From positions 12,586,001 to 12,650,000 of the forward strand of contig NW_027266275.1 of NCBI RefSeq assembly GCF_022045235.1: a stretch of 64,000 nt of DNA, given 5' to 3'. The stretch comes from Haliotis cracherodii. Its lineage: Eukaryota. The first letter of the stretch is position 1, and the number at the start of each line of letters is the position of its first letter. Below the pieces are notes generated by a model. That model was not told where the DNA came from. It saw nothing but the letters and a program-made list of their open reading frames with translations, and did not search any database. Below, piece after piece: positions 1-12,598 of this stretch. Both the position numbers and the translations under genes were made by a program.

Positions 1-442
1 ATCATGTCCACAGAAAAAAGTGCACATGCAAGTATCATGATACATATCGGATCGTGAGTAAGGTATCGTGACACGTATCGGCTCGCACAGTTGGTGTATC
101 TTCCCAGCCCTACTGATCAGACAGATGACCAACTCTTAGTCAAGACCTAGTAGATTGTTTCATTGTTCCCCATCATCACAGTGGCTACCCTAACTCATTT
201 TATTGAATATGTGGAAGTGCATTCTGTGCACGTGAAAAGGAGAGATAATATGCTAATATGTACTTAAACCACACTGTCACTCACAATTTGATAACATTAA
301 TACTTTACACGTCAGTTTGGGTGATGTATTGAAGTAAAGTAACTATTTGTGTACATGTCACACTGTTTTCATGTACACAAGTTACTATCTTCATTGGCAA
401 GTGGTTCTGTTGTCGTGGTAACAGCAATAGACACATTTCACT

Positions 443-781
443 AAGTCCACCATTCCTGTTGTCCCAGATGTTTATAACAATATTCCCCCATTTATGTGTA
501 AAGATGGAGGTAGCAGACAAATTTCATGAAGTCCACCATTCCTTTTGTCCCAGATGTTTATAACAATATTTCCCAATTTATGTGTAAAGATGGAGGTAGC
601 AGACAAATTTCATGAAGTCCACCATTCCTTTTGTCCCATATGTTTATAACAATATTTCCCCATTTATGTGTAAAGATGGAGGTAGCAGACAAATTTCATA
701 AAGTCCACCATTCCTTTTGTCCGGGATATTTATAACAATATTCCCCCATTTATGTGTAAAGATGGAGGTAGCAGACAAATT
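443..781 (+). repeat. 86-bp tandem repeat x4 spanning a BPTF intron/exon boundary
   Basis: Units start ~443, 529, 615, 701; each contains TGTGTAAAG ATGGAGGTAGCAGACAAATT. Confidence 0.95.
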
Positions 782-1015
782 GAAGAAGCAGACCAAGTCT
801 CCGACCAAGCCGCCCGCCACGTTGCGCACCCTCCCTCCTGGCACCAGCGTGGCCGGGGGGAAGAAGAAGCTGGAGACCCTGATGCCCCAGACTCCCTCAG
901 AGTCGGCAGCAGCCAAGAAACGCAAACAGAAGATCATATCAACCGGTGGAGGGCGTGCCTTTAACCCTAAAGAGAAACTATATTGTATTTGTAAAACTCC
1001 TTATGATGACGCAAA
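762..1015 (+). CDS. BPTF: BPTF exon (linker + start of PHD finger)
   Basis: AAG|ATGGAG acceptor (inferred), donor AA|GTAAG at 1016; encodes [12 protein letters not shown]. Confidence 0.85.
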
Positions 1016-4000
1016 GTAAGTATAAGAAAATGAAATTATGAGTTATGGACAGTATAAGGGTTTTAGAAGCAATTTTTCTTATTTTACTTGTATACTTCCG
1101 GCAAGATTTATAATTTTGATGGTTTACTTGTATAGGGTTTACTCTAGGAATTTTCTGCCATGGGCCCTTTATATGAAAATTTCAAATACGCCAACACAAC
1201 AAAATGTTACAATGCCCCATTGTATGTACAAATGTGGGCCTTTTTTCAAATTTGGGGGTTACACAAGGCAACATCCTAGAATTAACCCTGCTTGTATGTT
1301 TTCTAAGATTGGGTGATTATCTTGTATCCATATAAGTTGAATTTACTTTGATGGTCTGTGACATTCAAGATGACATGAGAATCAGAATATAAATAGCACA
1401 TGCTTGAAAACTTGCCATCATGGTACTTTTGAGTGATTAAATTCAATTTGGGAATTAGTAGATAACGTTTTGTGCGTGCATGCATGTGTGCGTGCGTGCG
1501 TGCGTGCATGCATGCACTTAGCAATATTCCAGCTATATGATGGCAGCCTGTAAATAAACAAGTCAGGACCAGAAAATCCTGTGATTGATATTGTGAGCAA
1601 CAATTTATGTGGTCAAGGTATGATGACACAAAACCAAGCATGACCACCTGGTTACCTCTTACAACCAGCATAGATTGCTGGAGACTAATTCTAACCCAGG
1701 AATACCCATGGTGGATGGTGATTCAGTGACGTCTTGCATGTCACTGCCTGTATAGGAGGAGACATACCATGCCCTTAAGTGAGCAGTATAGTATTGTGAT
1801 CTTGCCTGGTTCTAATGATGGTGTGATGTGCAGGTTCTACATCGGATGTGACCTGTGCTCCAACTGGTTTCATGGGGCTTGTGTTGGCATCACTGAGAAC
1901 CAGGCCAGCTCAATCGACTCCTACATCTGTGAAGACTGCCGCAAACAGCAGGAGAACACATCAGAGGAACTGTACTGTGTGTGCCGAACACCTTACGACG
2001 AAGCACAGTAAGTTGGCGTGTGGTATTTGTCGCTTAGGCCTGATTAGTGACGGGGTATAGTTCTCCATGGAACACTGTCAACTACAGGATGAATTGATCA
2101 TATTTTATTGGTATCAGTCACTCTGAAAAGTGTTAATACCATATATCGCTGTGTATAAGGCGAGTTTTTCGAACCTAAAATGAGGGGGTTAAGAAGGGGG
2201 GTCGTCTTGTACACGGAGTCGAAGATCTCACATTTTTTTCCACTGGCAATGTCAACCGGCGTCCGATAGCCAGCCCAGCATTTGACAATAAAACTTCACA
2301 TTCCGTCCTAAATAACTGTTCCAATAACTATTTCCATACATAAACATTTTCTCTTTTCCTTGAATAAAGTTTAATAATTTCTGCAAATAAAGTTGAAATG
2401 ACCCTCACCTCGATGCAGATTGTCAAACCACCTGACATGGTAAAACAATCAACATCCGTGAGTAGAGAGCCGGAAGTACCGGTAAGCATTTGCATATTGC
2501 ACATGTGACCTAACATGTGATAACCGAGGAAGCTGAAATCAATTCCTGCTGTTTTTACAGTTGTATTAACAAGTGTTGGAGACGGTGTGTACAAGTGATT
2601 GTGGAATAAACACGCTGAATGTGAAGCAAACAAGCCTAGTTAGTTACAACATAGTTAATTGGCGATTAAATTACTCACCATTGTCTCTAATATGTTATTA
2701 CTTCATAAATGAATTTTATTTTACGGGCACCAATTTGGTGTCGTACCGTGTAAACACAAAATGGCGACGTGTGCTGGAGTTACACACGCGACCTATCATT
2801 GTACAAAAAACAACTCAAGACAAACATATTTTTATTGCATATATAAGGTTTGTGTGCGCACTTGTGATGTGCTTCATTCCAGGTCGCCTTATACACGGAG
2901 TATAGGATTTTGGGTTGATTTTGAAGGCGTGTACAGGGGGTCGTCTTATACGTTGGGTCGCCTTATACACAGCGATATACGGTAGTAAAGTTCATCAAAT
3001 AATGTAATTGTATGGGGCATCTGTCAGGCTTCCTGATTTAGAGCCCAAAGATCTGTCCTGTAGCCCATCTCACACAACGATTCTAGCGCTATGGCTTTTG
3101 TAAGTCTGTTAAGGTATAGGAGTTGCAATCGCTTTGAATGTGTAGAAATGCGGTCAATATTGGGATGCTTGCAATAAATGTAATAGTTAATTTTTAGGAG
3201 CAACAAGGTGACTGTGTGATGAGTCATAGGTGGCAGGGTTTCTGATAGGTTCTAATTATCCCCCGCCCCAACGAAGATGGCGGGGGATATAGAAATGGGT
3301 TCCGTCCCTGTGTGCATGTGTACGTGTGTACGTGCGTGTGTGCGTCCCGAAATCGTTTCTGGAGCATAACTCAGAAACCATTAAATATTTCTCTATGAAA
3401 CTTTGCATGTCTATCAGACTCATGCTGAACTGGTGCCTTTTGCTATTTAGGAATTTTATTAAAAAAAATTTTTACGTTTCCATGGCAACAAGTTGGACTT
3501 GGGTTCTATAAGGGTGGTGTTCGTTTCCAAAGCGTAACTCAAAAACCATTAAATACTTTCTTACAAAACTTTGCATGTCTACTAGGCACATACTGAACTT
3601 GTGCCTCTTGCTATTTAGGAATTTTAGAAATTTTTATTTTTCACGTTTCCATAGTAATAAGTTGGACTTAGGTTTTACAGGGGTGGTGTTCGTTTCCAGA
3701 GCGTTACTCAAAAAACATTAAATACTTTCTTACAAAACTTTGCATGTCTACCAGGCACATACTGAACTGGTGCCTTTTGATATATAGCACTTTTAGAAAT
3801 TTTTATTGTTTATGTTTCCATGACAACAAATTGGATTTAAGTTTTAATATAGGATTGGTTTACTTAAGGAGTATAACAAATAAACTGTTAAATATTTCCT
3901 TGCCAAACATTGCATGTCTATATATAAAGCACATACTGAACTAGTGCCATTTGACATTAAGGAGTTTTAGAAATGTTTATTTTAGAATTTCCATTGCAGC

Positions 4001-7000
4001 TAATTTGACATGGGCTAATAGAAATGTTGGGTCATTTACCTGGTTTGGGACCATAACGTGTTAAAATGGGTGTTAAAATGGGTGGGGGATATAGATGACT
4101 TTGTCAACTATACGCTTGTTCTGATTAAATTACAAAAAGGCCCAAATGATTTTATTCAAGTTTGGTAATGATATAGAAGAATGTCCTATGAAAAGTTGAT
4201 AGAATTATGTAAATGTTCCTATCCTCTCCCAACAAAATCAAAATCACTGGGTGGCTAGTGTAGAATTTGTTAACCAGATGCTCTCATATAAGTGAAAATA
4301 TTTGTGTTGTCAGATTTTATTTTTCTGTTAGTTGCCTCAGGACAGTCATTAGTATCCTCGTAAGCTGGTCGTGTTCATCAGTGCTTCAGTGTGCTTCGTT
4401 GTGCTTCAGGTTCTACATCGGGTGTGACCGATGTCAGGACTGGTTCCATGGCCACTGCGTGAATGTGTCACGGCTGGAGGCAGACCGCATGGACACCTAC
4501 ATCTGCCCCAACTGCATCAACAAGGAGCAGGCCACACCCATTGCACAAAAGTGTCTAACAGACAAGGAGTATGAAAACCTGCGGAGACTCCTCCGTAGTT
4601 TACAGGTAAGACCATCAGTCTGCGATGCAATGGGCGATCTTTTTGTTCCACAGGGCAATAACTCTCCTTTTGAAATGATATAAGCGACAGTCCAACCTGT
4701 CGCTTCCGTCCTGGTTCCCGGATCAATGCGCCCTGCGACAATTAGTGACATGTAGAGACGGAGCCAAGCTAAAGAGTTACCCTGTTGCACCTTCGTTCAA
4801 AAACGGTCGTTTACAACTGAATATTTTTAACTAGCACATATTTTGTAGTGATTAGTAGTTCATATTATCAACATTTGTTAAATTTTCAACTACAAGACGA
4901 ATTGTCTCTATGGAAGATAGCGGGAAAAACGGAATATTGCCACGGTATTTTCTACGTCAGAAAACAGCGAGGCATTCTGTCAGTCTGGGCGAACATATCG
5001 CATCGATGAAATAAATATAAATCTTTCATTGATCATATTAATATATAATCATGGTAGGATTTGGCAACAAACAGCCACCATTCATACATAAAATTCTTTT
5101 ACACAACATGCACCAATTAACCCTTAAATATCAAAACAGATTTCAGTGATTTCCATTTCTTTTATTTTAGACGTTGTATTATGATAGCTAGATGATGAGA
5201 TAATTTAACAGTGCCTGTTTCTCTTACCATTTCTCATTGCTCTCAGTTATATATCTGACAAATACTTACATGTTTTGCTGTCAATAGTCACAACATTGAG
5301 GCTACGGGCAACTTAAGGTTCGTGTACCGCATTGCCTTACTGCTGTACATACCGAAATGCATGCATATGATGTAGCCTGCTCGGCGATACTACAACTTAG
5401 TTATAGGAACGCATACAAAATCTACTTAATTTTTAAAAGTGTGATATTCATACATCAAGGGCAACACTTTCAGTACCGATTGCCAAACATCAACAAAGCG
5501 ACCTGGAGGAACGATCAGCTGATCTCACCGCATCCCTTCGAACGCCTATCTAGTGGTTAACTATACAATATAATCAGTCGTGGTCATCCCTGATGTATCA
5601 TTAAATCAAGGAACATTTTTTTCCGGACATTGCAATAAATAAATCATTGTTTAGGCCAAAGATATGCTGCCCACTCACAAGCGTGACCGTTGCCGATAGA
5701 GGTGAAGGTTATACTAGTTAACTGTCTATAGGCCTCATTGTAACATGTAGTGCTTGTATCGCGCATACCACATGCGCCATCAGTTTAAGGTTGGACCATC
5801 CTGGTCAGCACACCTAGCGGGTTAGTGAAGGGAAGATAAATTGAAAAAGATCGCCCATTGATGTAATTCCGTTTTCATTGTTTTATAATGGAGTCATTTG
5901 ACATGGACATGATTTGCAGATTGATATATAAATGTTTATCACACCTTCATGTCAATATGATGAGATCTAATTGGTCCACGTGATCTTGATAGAATACTGT
6001 GTAACCCGATTTGGAGAGAATAAATCCCTTATACCCCGCCTAAAAGAACAAATCTGAGTCAATGGAAGTCATGTGACAGCACAAGTCAACCTCAGCTCAA
6101 TCGAACACCTGGGTTCCATCAAGTTTGAATTTGTGTGATTTCTTTTACACTGTCACATTCAAACATGTCGGTAAGATAATTTCATTGTAGCAGGATCACA
6201 CCAGCTCCTGCCTCCAGCTCATAGTATAAAACGTAATGCGGGACGCATAAAACCCCATCTACCACTCATGATTCTGCTGCAACTTATAATATCGAACTAC
6301 ATAAGAAAATGTGTTTCTTTTTCAGTCACATAAAATGGCTTGGCCTTTCCTAGAACCTGTGGATCCCAAAGATGTACCTGATTACTACCTAGTTGTCAAA
6401 GACCCAATGGGTAGGTACCATATCATAGCATGTCAAGGATTCATGGAGGATGATGAAGCAAGTTTTCTTGTTTGGAACAATGGAGTCATTTGTGCTGTAA
6501 ATACAAGCATGTGGCAAGTCAGGTTATTTTGCAGTTGCGACTGAAACAGTTGAAACAAGAAATTGGCATAGGATGGGGTCAATAGATGATTATGTGGTTC
6601 TTAACTCCTGACTTCCACGTAGTAGGGAGGCCGGGTAGCCCAGTGGTTAAAACGTTCGTTCGTTCCGCCGAAGACCCGGGTTTAATTCCCCACATGGGTA
6701 CAATGTGTGAAGCCAATTTTTGGTGTCCCCCGCTGTTATATTGCTGGAATATGTCTAAAAGTGATGTAAAACCATACTCTCTCACTCACTCCCACTTTGT
6801 AATAGAGTTACAACTTTTCTTCCACTCATGGATAAATGGATAATGATTAACTATGAAAAGAAAGCGTCAATGCTAGATGGAGATTTTGTTTTGTTAGTTT
6901 GCCACTTGCCAGAACATGAAGGTATCAACGTTGACAAGTTCAGATTGATTGGCAATGTAGGTCTGGAATTATCCCCGAATTTGTTGGTTGCATTTCGAAA

Positions 7001-7246
7001 ATGTTCCAATCCTCTCTTTACACATCTGATTATATCACGCCTTATTTATCTTCAGATTTATCAACAGTGGAGAAACGCCTCAATGCTCGACTATACCAGA
7101 AACTGAGCGACTTTGTCAAAGATGTGACCAAGATCTTTGACAATTGTCGTTTCTACAACCCAAGTGATTCCCCTTTCTACCAGTGTGCTGAAGTCCTAGA
7201 AACTTTCTTTGTGCAACGCCTGAAGTCAATGAGAGAGCGATTCTAA
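762..7246 (+). CDS. BPTF: BPTF/NURF301, 3' part (two C-terminal PHD fingers + bromodomain); join 762-1015,1834-2007,4410-4605,6326-6410,7056-7246; 5' exons lie outside the window
   Basis: Spliced translation [10 protein letters not shown]...[33 protein letters not shown]...[28 protein letters not shown]...[27 protein letters not shown]...[12 protein letters not shown]...[31 protein letters not shown] matches the BPTF C-terminus; GT-AG junctions with consistent phases. Confidence 0.96.
1834..2007 (+). CDS. BPTF: BPTF exon (PHD finger)
   Basis: CAG|GTTCTAC acceptor, CA|GTAAGT donor; [19 protein letters not shown]. Confidence 0.95.
2139..2982. mobile_element. Non-autonomous Tc1/mariner-pogo-type element
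   Basis: TA|CCATATATCGCTGTGTATAAGGCGA ... TCGCCTTATACACAGCGATATACGG|TA. Confidence 0.85.
3256..4120 (+). mobile_element. Helentron/DINE-1-like non-autonomous element with internal tandem repeats
   Basis: 5' TATCCCCCGCC with nearby inverted GGCGGGGGATA, (GTGY) microsatellite, ~4 diverged repeats of roughly 175 bp (AAACTTTGCATGTCTA..GAACTGGTGCC), 3' GGGGGATA + short hairpin + CTTGTT; shorter relatives at ~24890-25177 and ~30048-30290. Confidence 0.75.
4410..4605 (+). CDS. BPTF: BPTF exon (last PHD finger)
   Basis: CAG|GTTCTAC, CAG|GTAAG; [17 protein letters not shown]...YICPNC. Confidence 0.95.
4628..5860. mobile_element. Non-autonomous DNA transposon with 3-bp TSD (possibly Academ-like)
   Basis: TIR CAATGGGCGATCTTTTT ... 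AAAAAGATCGCCCATTG; flanks ATG / ATG. Confidence 0.75.
6326..6410 (+). CDS. BPTF: BPTF exon (bromodomain, N-part)
   Basis: TTTCAG|TCACAT, G|GTAGGT; [14 protein letters not shown]. Confidence 0.95.
6625..6791 (+). mobile_element. tRNA-derived SINE family A (~170 bp)
   Basis: A/B-box head, TGGGTACAATGTGTGAAGCC body, (CTCA)n tail; other copies ~8915-9070(+), 17873-18037(-), 34469-34633(-), 51381-51537(+), 51685-51850(+), 53632-53793(-). Confidence 0.85.
7056..7246 (+). CDS. BPTF: BPTF terminal coding exon (bromodomain, C-part)
   Basis: TTCAG|AT acceptor; [10 protein letters not shown]; TAA stop ending at 7246. Confidence 0.95.
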
Positions 7247-7774
7247 CAGGATAAGGAGTGTTGGCACCCTTCAAATGAGGATTTAGTGTGATCCACATCA
7301 TGGACAATGAATAATCAATACTATTCCGAGGCGGGACAAGTTTGTGGTACTGCCTTAAAGTGCTAATATATTTTATTGCAGTATGGTTCCTGGATTTGGT
7401 CACAGCTAGGCTTGTGCACAGTGTTTGAAATAAACCTAGTCTCAGATGAACTTTGTCTGATTGATGAAGTCCTGAAATGTAATTCCTGCTGAGTCACAAA
7501 CATCAACCTGGCAGGCAGGCCTTCTTCTGAACACACTGTTCTGCGTACCACATTTGTTGTGAGCAAAAAATTAATTTTCCCATTGATGAAAATGTTTTAA
7601 GCATTTACAAGTTGGATGTAAACATGACGAGGAGTAATATTATTGATAACGACCTTACATCCATGTTTCAGGGCTACTCCTTGCCCCTTCATCACCATTC
7701 ACCTGGTGAAAGGCAGAAAGTAGCCCTGAAACATGGATGTATACTAGGGCTTGTGGGGGGGGGGGGGGGGGGGG

Positions 7775-8063
7775 GGCGGCACAGGTGGCCCAGTCGTCTA
7801 AGGTGCCGCGATGCGATTCGCTGTGCAGAGTTGCGTCCCTTGGGCACGCCAGAAACCTATGATTGTGTGTTCGAATCCTGGTTCGCCCCGATTATGTTTC
7901 TAGGTTTGTCAGCACCATATCCGTGCTCATGGGTTTCACCGAAGTGGTAAACGTCTGAGACCTGCATCACTTGGGGCTTTCCTCTCACATTAAGCTGACA
8001 CGCCGTGATATAACTGGAATACTGTTAAAAGCAGTGTTAAACCCAACTCACTCACTCAATCAC
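7775..8063 (+). mobile_element. tRNA-derived SINE family B (~280 bp) in the BPTF 3' region
   Basis: TGGCCCAGTCGTCTAAGG head, GTTCGAATCC B box, (CTCA)n tail; other copies ~18128-18380(-), 29140-29282 (3' part), 32205-32484(+), 60968-61203(-). Confidence 0.85.
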
Positions 8064-8459
8064 TAGGGCTGGGACAGGTAACTAGGGTACCCGGGTCGGT
8101 TGGGTACTGAGTAGGACCTGGGTACCCTAAGGACTACCCAGAACCGTGGTAAGTCACGTGATATATATTTAAAACTCTATGGTTACACTACAAGTCACTA
8201 ATGTTCCCATTTCTTTCTGACTATGCACCCATTCCTTCTGACTTTTATATGTTTGAATAAAGATAAAACTTCATGCAGTAAACTTCAGTGTTTGCATGAC
8301 CATATCGTTTTATAAGTGTATCTAAATACATTTTCCAAGGCAGACTTTTCCAAATCGGACATTTTGTACCTATTTCAATATACCTACAGCGGGTGTCCGG
8401 GTAGGGTCGGGTAATAGGGGATGGGTACCCAGGAAGTAATTTTGACTCGTCCCAGCCCA
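8064..8459. mobile_element. hAT-like MITE
   Basis: TAGGGCTGGGAC ... GTCCCAGCCC termini with subterminal GGGTACCC repeats; similar CCCAGCCCTA ends at ~103-112 and ~30511-30520. Confidence 0.6.
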
Positions 8460-9939
8460 AATGAATACTACAGAAGTCTATATCCATAATATATCTCCTC
8501 GTTTGTGAACCGTTGAAGTGAAGTACTGTTCTCATGTTGAACTCTGTATTATGCATCAGTTCCTTATGGCAGCTATGTTTGCACAGATATGTGGGGCGGC
8601 AATCCGGTCTGGAAGGAAGAATCTACAGGGATGTTATGAACAGGGTATAAAAAATATCTTCTCGGGCAACAGCAAAACAAAAGAATGTTTATTTTAGTTC
8701 TCTTTTCTGATTTTTTCATTCAGCCTGGACCCATCCTTACATTTCAATGTATATTTGTGAGAAATAAACAGTAAACTAATTGTTATCAGGCTGTTTGAAA
8801 ATATTTGAACTTAACCATGGTCTGTACCATAGTTTGTATTATTAGAGAGAGAAGCCACATTTATTTCCCAAAATTGTTTTCTCAAAGGAGGAAGGCTCTA
8901 AGCAAAATAGGAATTGTGGGATAGCCTAGTGGTTAAAGCGTTCACTTGCGATGCTCAAGGTCTTAGTTTGATTCTCCACAATGATACAATAAGTGAAGCC
9001 CATTGCTGTTGTCCCGTGCCGTGAAATTCCTGAAATATTGCGAAAAGTGGCCTAAAACCACACTCACTCTCAGTGCAAAATATATGTTTTACCTTACCTG
9101 ACATTTAATCAGAAATGCTCATTTCTTAGAGTTTAAGAAACAATAGTGTTTATGTTTATGTGGAGTATTAACTTAATATTGCTATGTTTCAAATGGCACT
9201 TAGGTTGTATTGCAAAGCCGAGTGTAGACCCGCTCACCATTTTGTTTACAACACTGTACTCAATCAACCGACATTATAGATATATGGAAAACACTCCCAA
9301 CATCAGCACAAGCCGAAGGAAAGGAATGCCCCACGCAGCTGCCTCAAGTGGTGAGAGTACGTCAGGGCAAGGCAGTACCACACAAACTGATCCACGATGA
9401 GGGACTGGGTTGTAAATTATTGTAAAATTGTACATATCTTCTCATCTATTTCACACTGTCATATGGCATCACTAGCTGTCCCAGGCTGGAACTAGTGGCC
9501 TTTCCATGTTGTAACATAATCATATCATATTTAAACTTGTCCATTTCAATTAGACACCAAGCTAGAACTTCAGTTTTCACATTCTCCGATACTTGGTAGT
9601 GTCATACAAGATATTTTGGCTAAGGAATATCTGGCATTTATTGTTGTCACTGAAACTTGTGAGGTGAACATGCTTCTCCTATAGAAACTCCTCAAGCAAA
9701 CCGGGTATTTGAAGGAAAACGGTAAAGGTATGGACTGTATTTACAATATTCGTACCAGGTGATGATACCAGAATATAACCCATCTGACTTACTTCCATTA
9801 CTCCTGAAGTGGCAAAACATCTGTTGCTGTTCTTAAGGTTTTTGTTGATTTACCCAATGATTCAGAAGGTAAAACGTTGATGGATGTATTGTTTGGTTAC
9901 AGTTGTTACTGAGTTGCTGATGTTGGCTGAATGAAAATG

Positions 9940-10482
9940 CAATCGCTTTCAAATCGGATCTTAGTTCTTGCTACCGCTAAACAAAGATATGAGGACATAC
10001 CAATACAGGTCACTTTAGAATGACCTTTCGCACCATGTGACTGGCCAATGAAACGACTAACGAGAAGTCAACATTAGCCAACCAGAAAGCAGCTTTCTTG
10101 AGCTTCACAACACTAGTTTCAAACTGGCGACTTCTGTTCCAGACTATGCTTTGAAAAATATCGATTCAACATTTGAAAACTGAACATGAAAAAATTCTGG
10201 AATGTCTAATAGATGGCCGAGATTGTATCGCAGTTCTCCTACAGGCTACGTTTATCCGATTGAAGCGAGAGATAGATGATGACTTTACTGAATCAGTCAG
10301 AACCCATAACTGTCATTCAGAATACCCTGTGTTAACCTTTTCAAATTTGCTTGATTAGAAAACACATTTTTACTGTAAGGAACACTCTGATTAGTCAGAT
10401 GAATGGTTGTTCTGAAGTTATCCATAATGGGATGTCCTCAGATCTTTGTAGTGAGAACTAAGAACTGATTGTAATCAGATTG
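9940..10482. mobile_element. MITE family M (CAATC termini, 9-10 bp TSD, Mutator-like), diverged copy
   Basis: TIR GATCTTAGTTCTTGCTACCGCTAAACAAAGAT; flanks AATGAAAATG / AATGAAAACG. Confidence 0.8.
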
Positions 10483-11070
10483 AATGAAAACGCAATAAAG
10501 CAGGAAATATGAAAAGTGTGAGGTATATAATACTATACTGCCGTTCAGTGCAAGTTGCATGACTGCAGAGTAAGAGAAGTTGGATGATATTGACACCAAA
10601 TGCTCATTTCTTGCAATAACTAGTGCTACTCTTTAGTGACATGTATGAAGGGAGGTTTATCAAACCATAGTGTTAGTCACAGTGTCAACATGATTCTGTT
10701 CAAGCTCAGAAAAACGCTGTATCCGTTTGTGTTGCCAGTATCGTCAGTGTTTGTTTGAAATGGACACTTTTCATGCATTACTTCCTGAATGTATTTCATA
10801 TGCATTTGTTACATTTTCCACCTGTAGAGAAATTTGTAATTTATTTCTTTGCCAAGTGATTGTTGCCCGGCTCGTGGCACCTTCACACTGACACACGGTT
10901 CATGACCTGTTGCATGACATATGTACATAACATTTCACACACTAGTGTATTTTTCAGCTGTAGATTCAATAGCATGTTCATTCATCATGTACACCCTCAA
11001 TAATATGTGTAAATAAATTCATTTTATAGATCAGCATATTAAGCATGTCTTTCGTGTTGTTGATTTCTGA

Positions 11071-11347
11071 GGGAGTGAGTTGGGTTTAACGCCGCTTTTA
11101 ACAGTATTCCAGTTATATCACGGCGTGTCAGCTTAATGTGGGAGGAAAAAGCCTGAAGTGATGCAGGTCTCGGACGTTTACCACTTCGGTGAAACCCACG
11201 AGCACGGATATGGTGCTGACAAACCTAGAAACCTAATCGGGGTGAACCGGGATTCGAACCCACAATCATAGATTTCTGGCGTGCCAAGGGACGCAACTCT
11301 GCTCAGCGAATCGCAGCGCCTTAGATGACTGGGCCACCCGTGCCCCC
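11071..11347 (-). mobile_element. SINE family B, full length with TSD
   Basis: 13-bp TSD TGTTGATTTCTGA at 11058-11070 and 11348-11360. Confidence 0.92.
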
Positions 11348-11743
11348 TGTTGATTTCTGATCATATCAATGGGTGTGTTCCTTACATGCTTCTCTAACAG
11401 CAGACGAGGTAAGGGGAAGTTGATGGTGAAAGCAAGCTTCTGACATCAGGACAGACAATCATCAGCATTTGATGGATATATTAGATTTCTAAACGATTCA
11501 TAGTCAGATACTATTTTAATTACAAGAGTATTTCAATGTATCAAACAAGTAAAAACAAATTTGATTTTTTTTTAATACACTTGTCATATTAACAGCATCT
11601 AATGTGGACGAGTGTAGTAAGTTATTTTTTACTCACACTGAATATTATCTTAATTCTATGTTTAAAGAAGGACGTCGCTCGTATAAGGATTCCATTGGTT
11701 GACTAAGGCCATTCCTAACATCTGTCCAAATGGGGGTTCTCTC

Positions 11744-11935
11744 AGACTGCAATATGTCCACAGCCAGTGATTGGTTGATGCCATAGACTGCAATATGTCC
11801 ACAGCCAGTGATTGGTTGATGCCATAGATTGCAACATGTCCACAGCCAGTGATTGGTTGATGCCATAGATTGCAACATGTCCACAGCCAGAGATTGGCTG
11901 ATGCCATAGACTGCAATATGTCCACAGCCAGTGAC
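11744..11935. repeat. 41-bp minisatellite (~4.6 copies)
   Basis: Unit AGACTGCAATATGTCCACAGCCAGTGATTGGTTGATGCCAT. Confidence 0.9.
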
Positions 11936-12442
11936 TAGGTGCATATTTAATTTTGCAACCAACAGTATTAATCTAAATACCACATGGAATCGTTATATGT
12001 ATATCATTTATATACAGTTGCCCAAAAGATACAATGCTTTTTTTACAAGATAGATCAGATAACCAAAATAGTTCCTCATAACTTGATCGACAAAGGCACT
12101 TGAACTCCTTGTCAAGAGTTGACACTGTCAACTGTAGTTGTTTTGTTGGTGACAGGTAACCACCAATCTCAAACAGCGCCATGAAAGTCAGGACTTTGTT
12201 CACTCGTACCAGTAACAGCGACAGTACACAGGTTTCCTATATGGTTCCCAGAGGGTGAAGCCAGCGTTCAACACAAACGTAATAGTTACAGATCCCTATA
12301 TCAAGACTTGCAGACAATCAGCACGGTGAAACTGTTGACATGTTCCCAACAGCTTCTCTCATCATCACTGGTTCACTGGACGGCCAGGTCGTGCCTGTAG
12401 GTATCAGGCTATCTCACTACATGACAAACACGTCAGACAATT

Positions 12443-12598
12443 TCAGGATGTCTTCAGTTTGGTTTGAGGTTGTTTTGTAATGACCACGTATACGATGAAC
12501 AGACAGCCAATTCCAGTCACAAGTAACGTCACGGCCACAACCAGGGGCAGATAACTTATGTTCCCTACAGGCACGCTGCATGTCACACTGTCAACTTC
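12443..12598 (-). CDS. PIGX: PIGX last coding exon (TM helix + ER signal)
   Basis: EVDSVTCSVPVGNISYLPLVVAVTLLVTGIGCLFIVYVVITKQPQTKLKTS*. Confidence 0.92.
   Translation of the reverse strand, partial: EVDSVTCSVPVGNISYLPLVVAVTLLVTGIGCLFIVYVVITKQPQTKLKTS

Noticed and set aside
11744-11935. CRISPR-like array (also the 86-bp and 20/21-bp repeats)
   Set aside because: Head-to-tail repeats without unique spacers, eukaryotic context, no cas genes.
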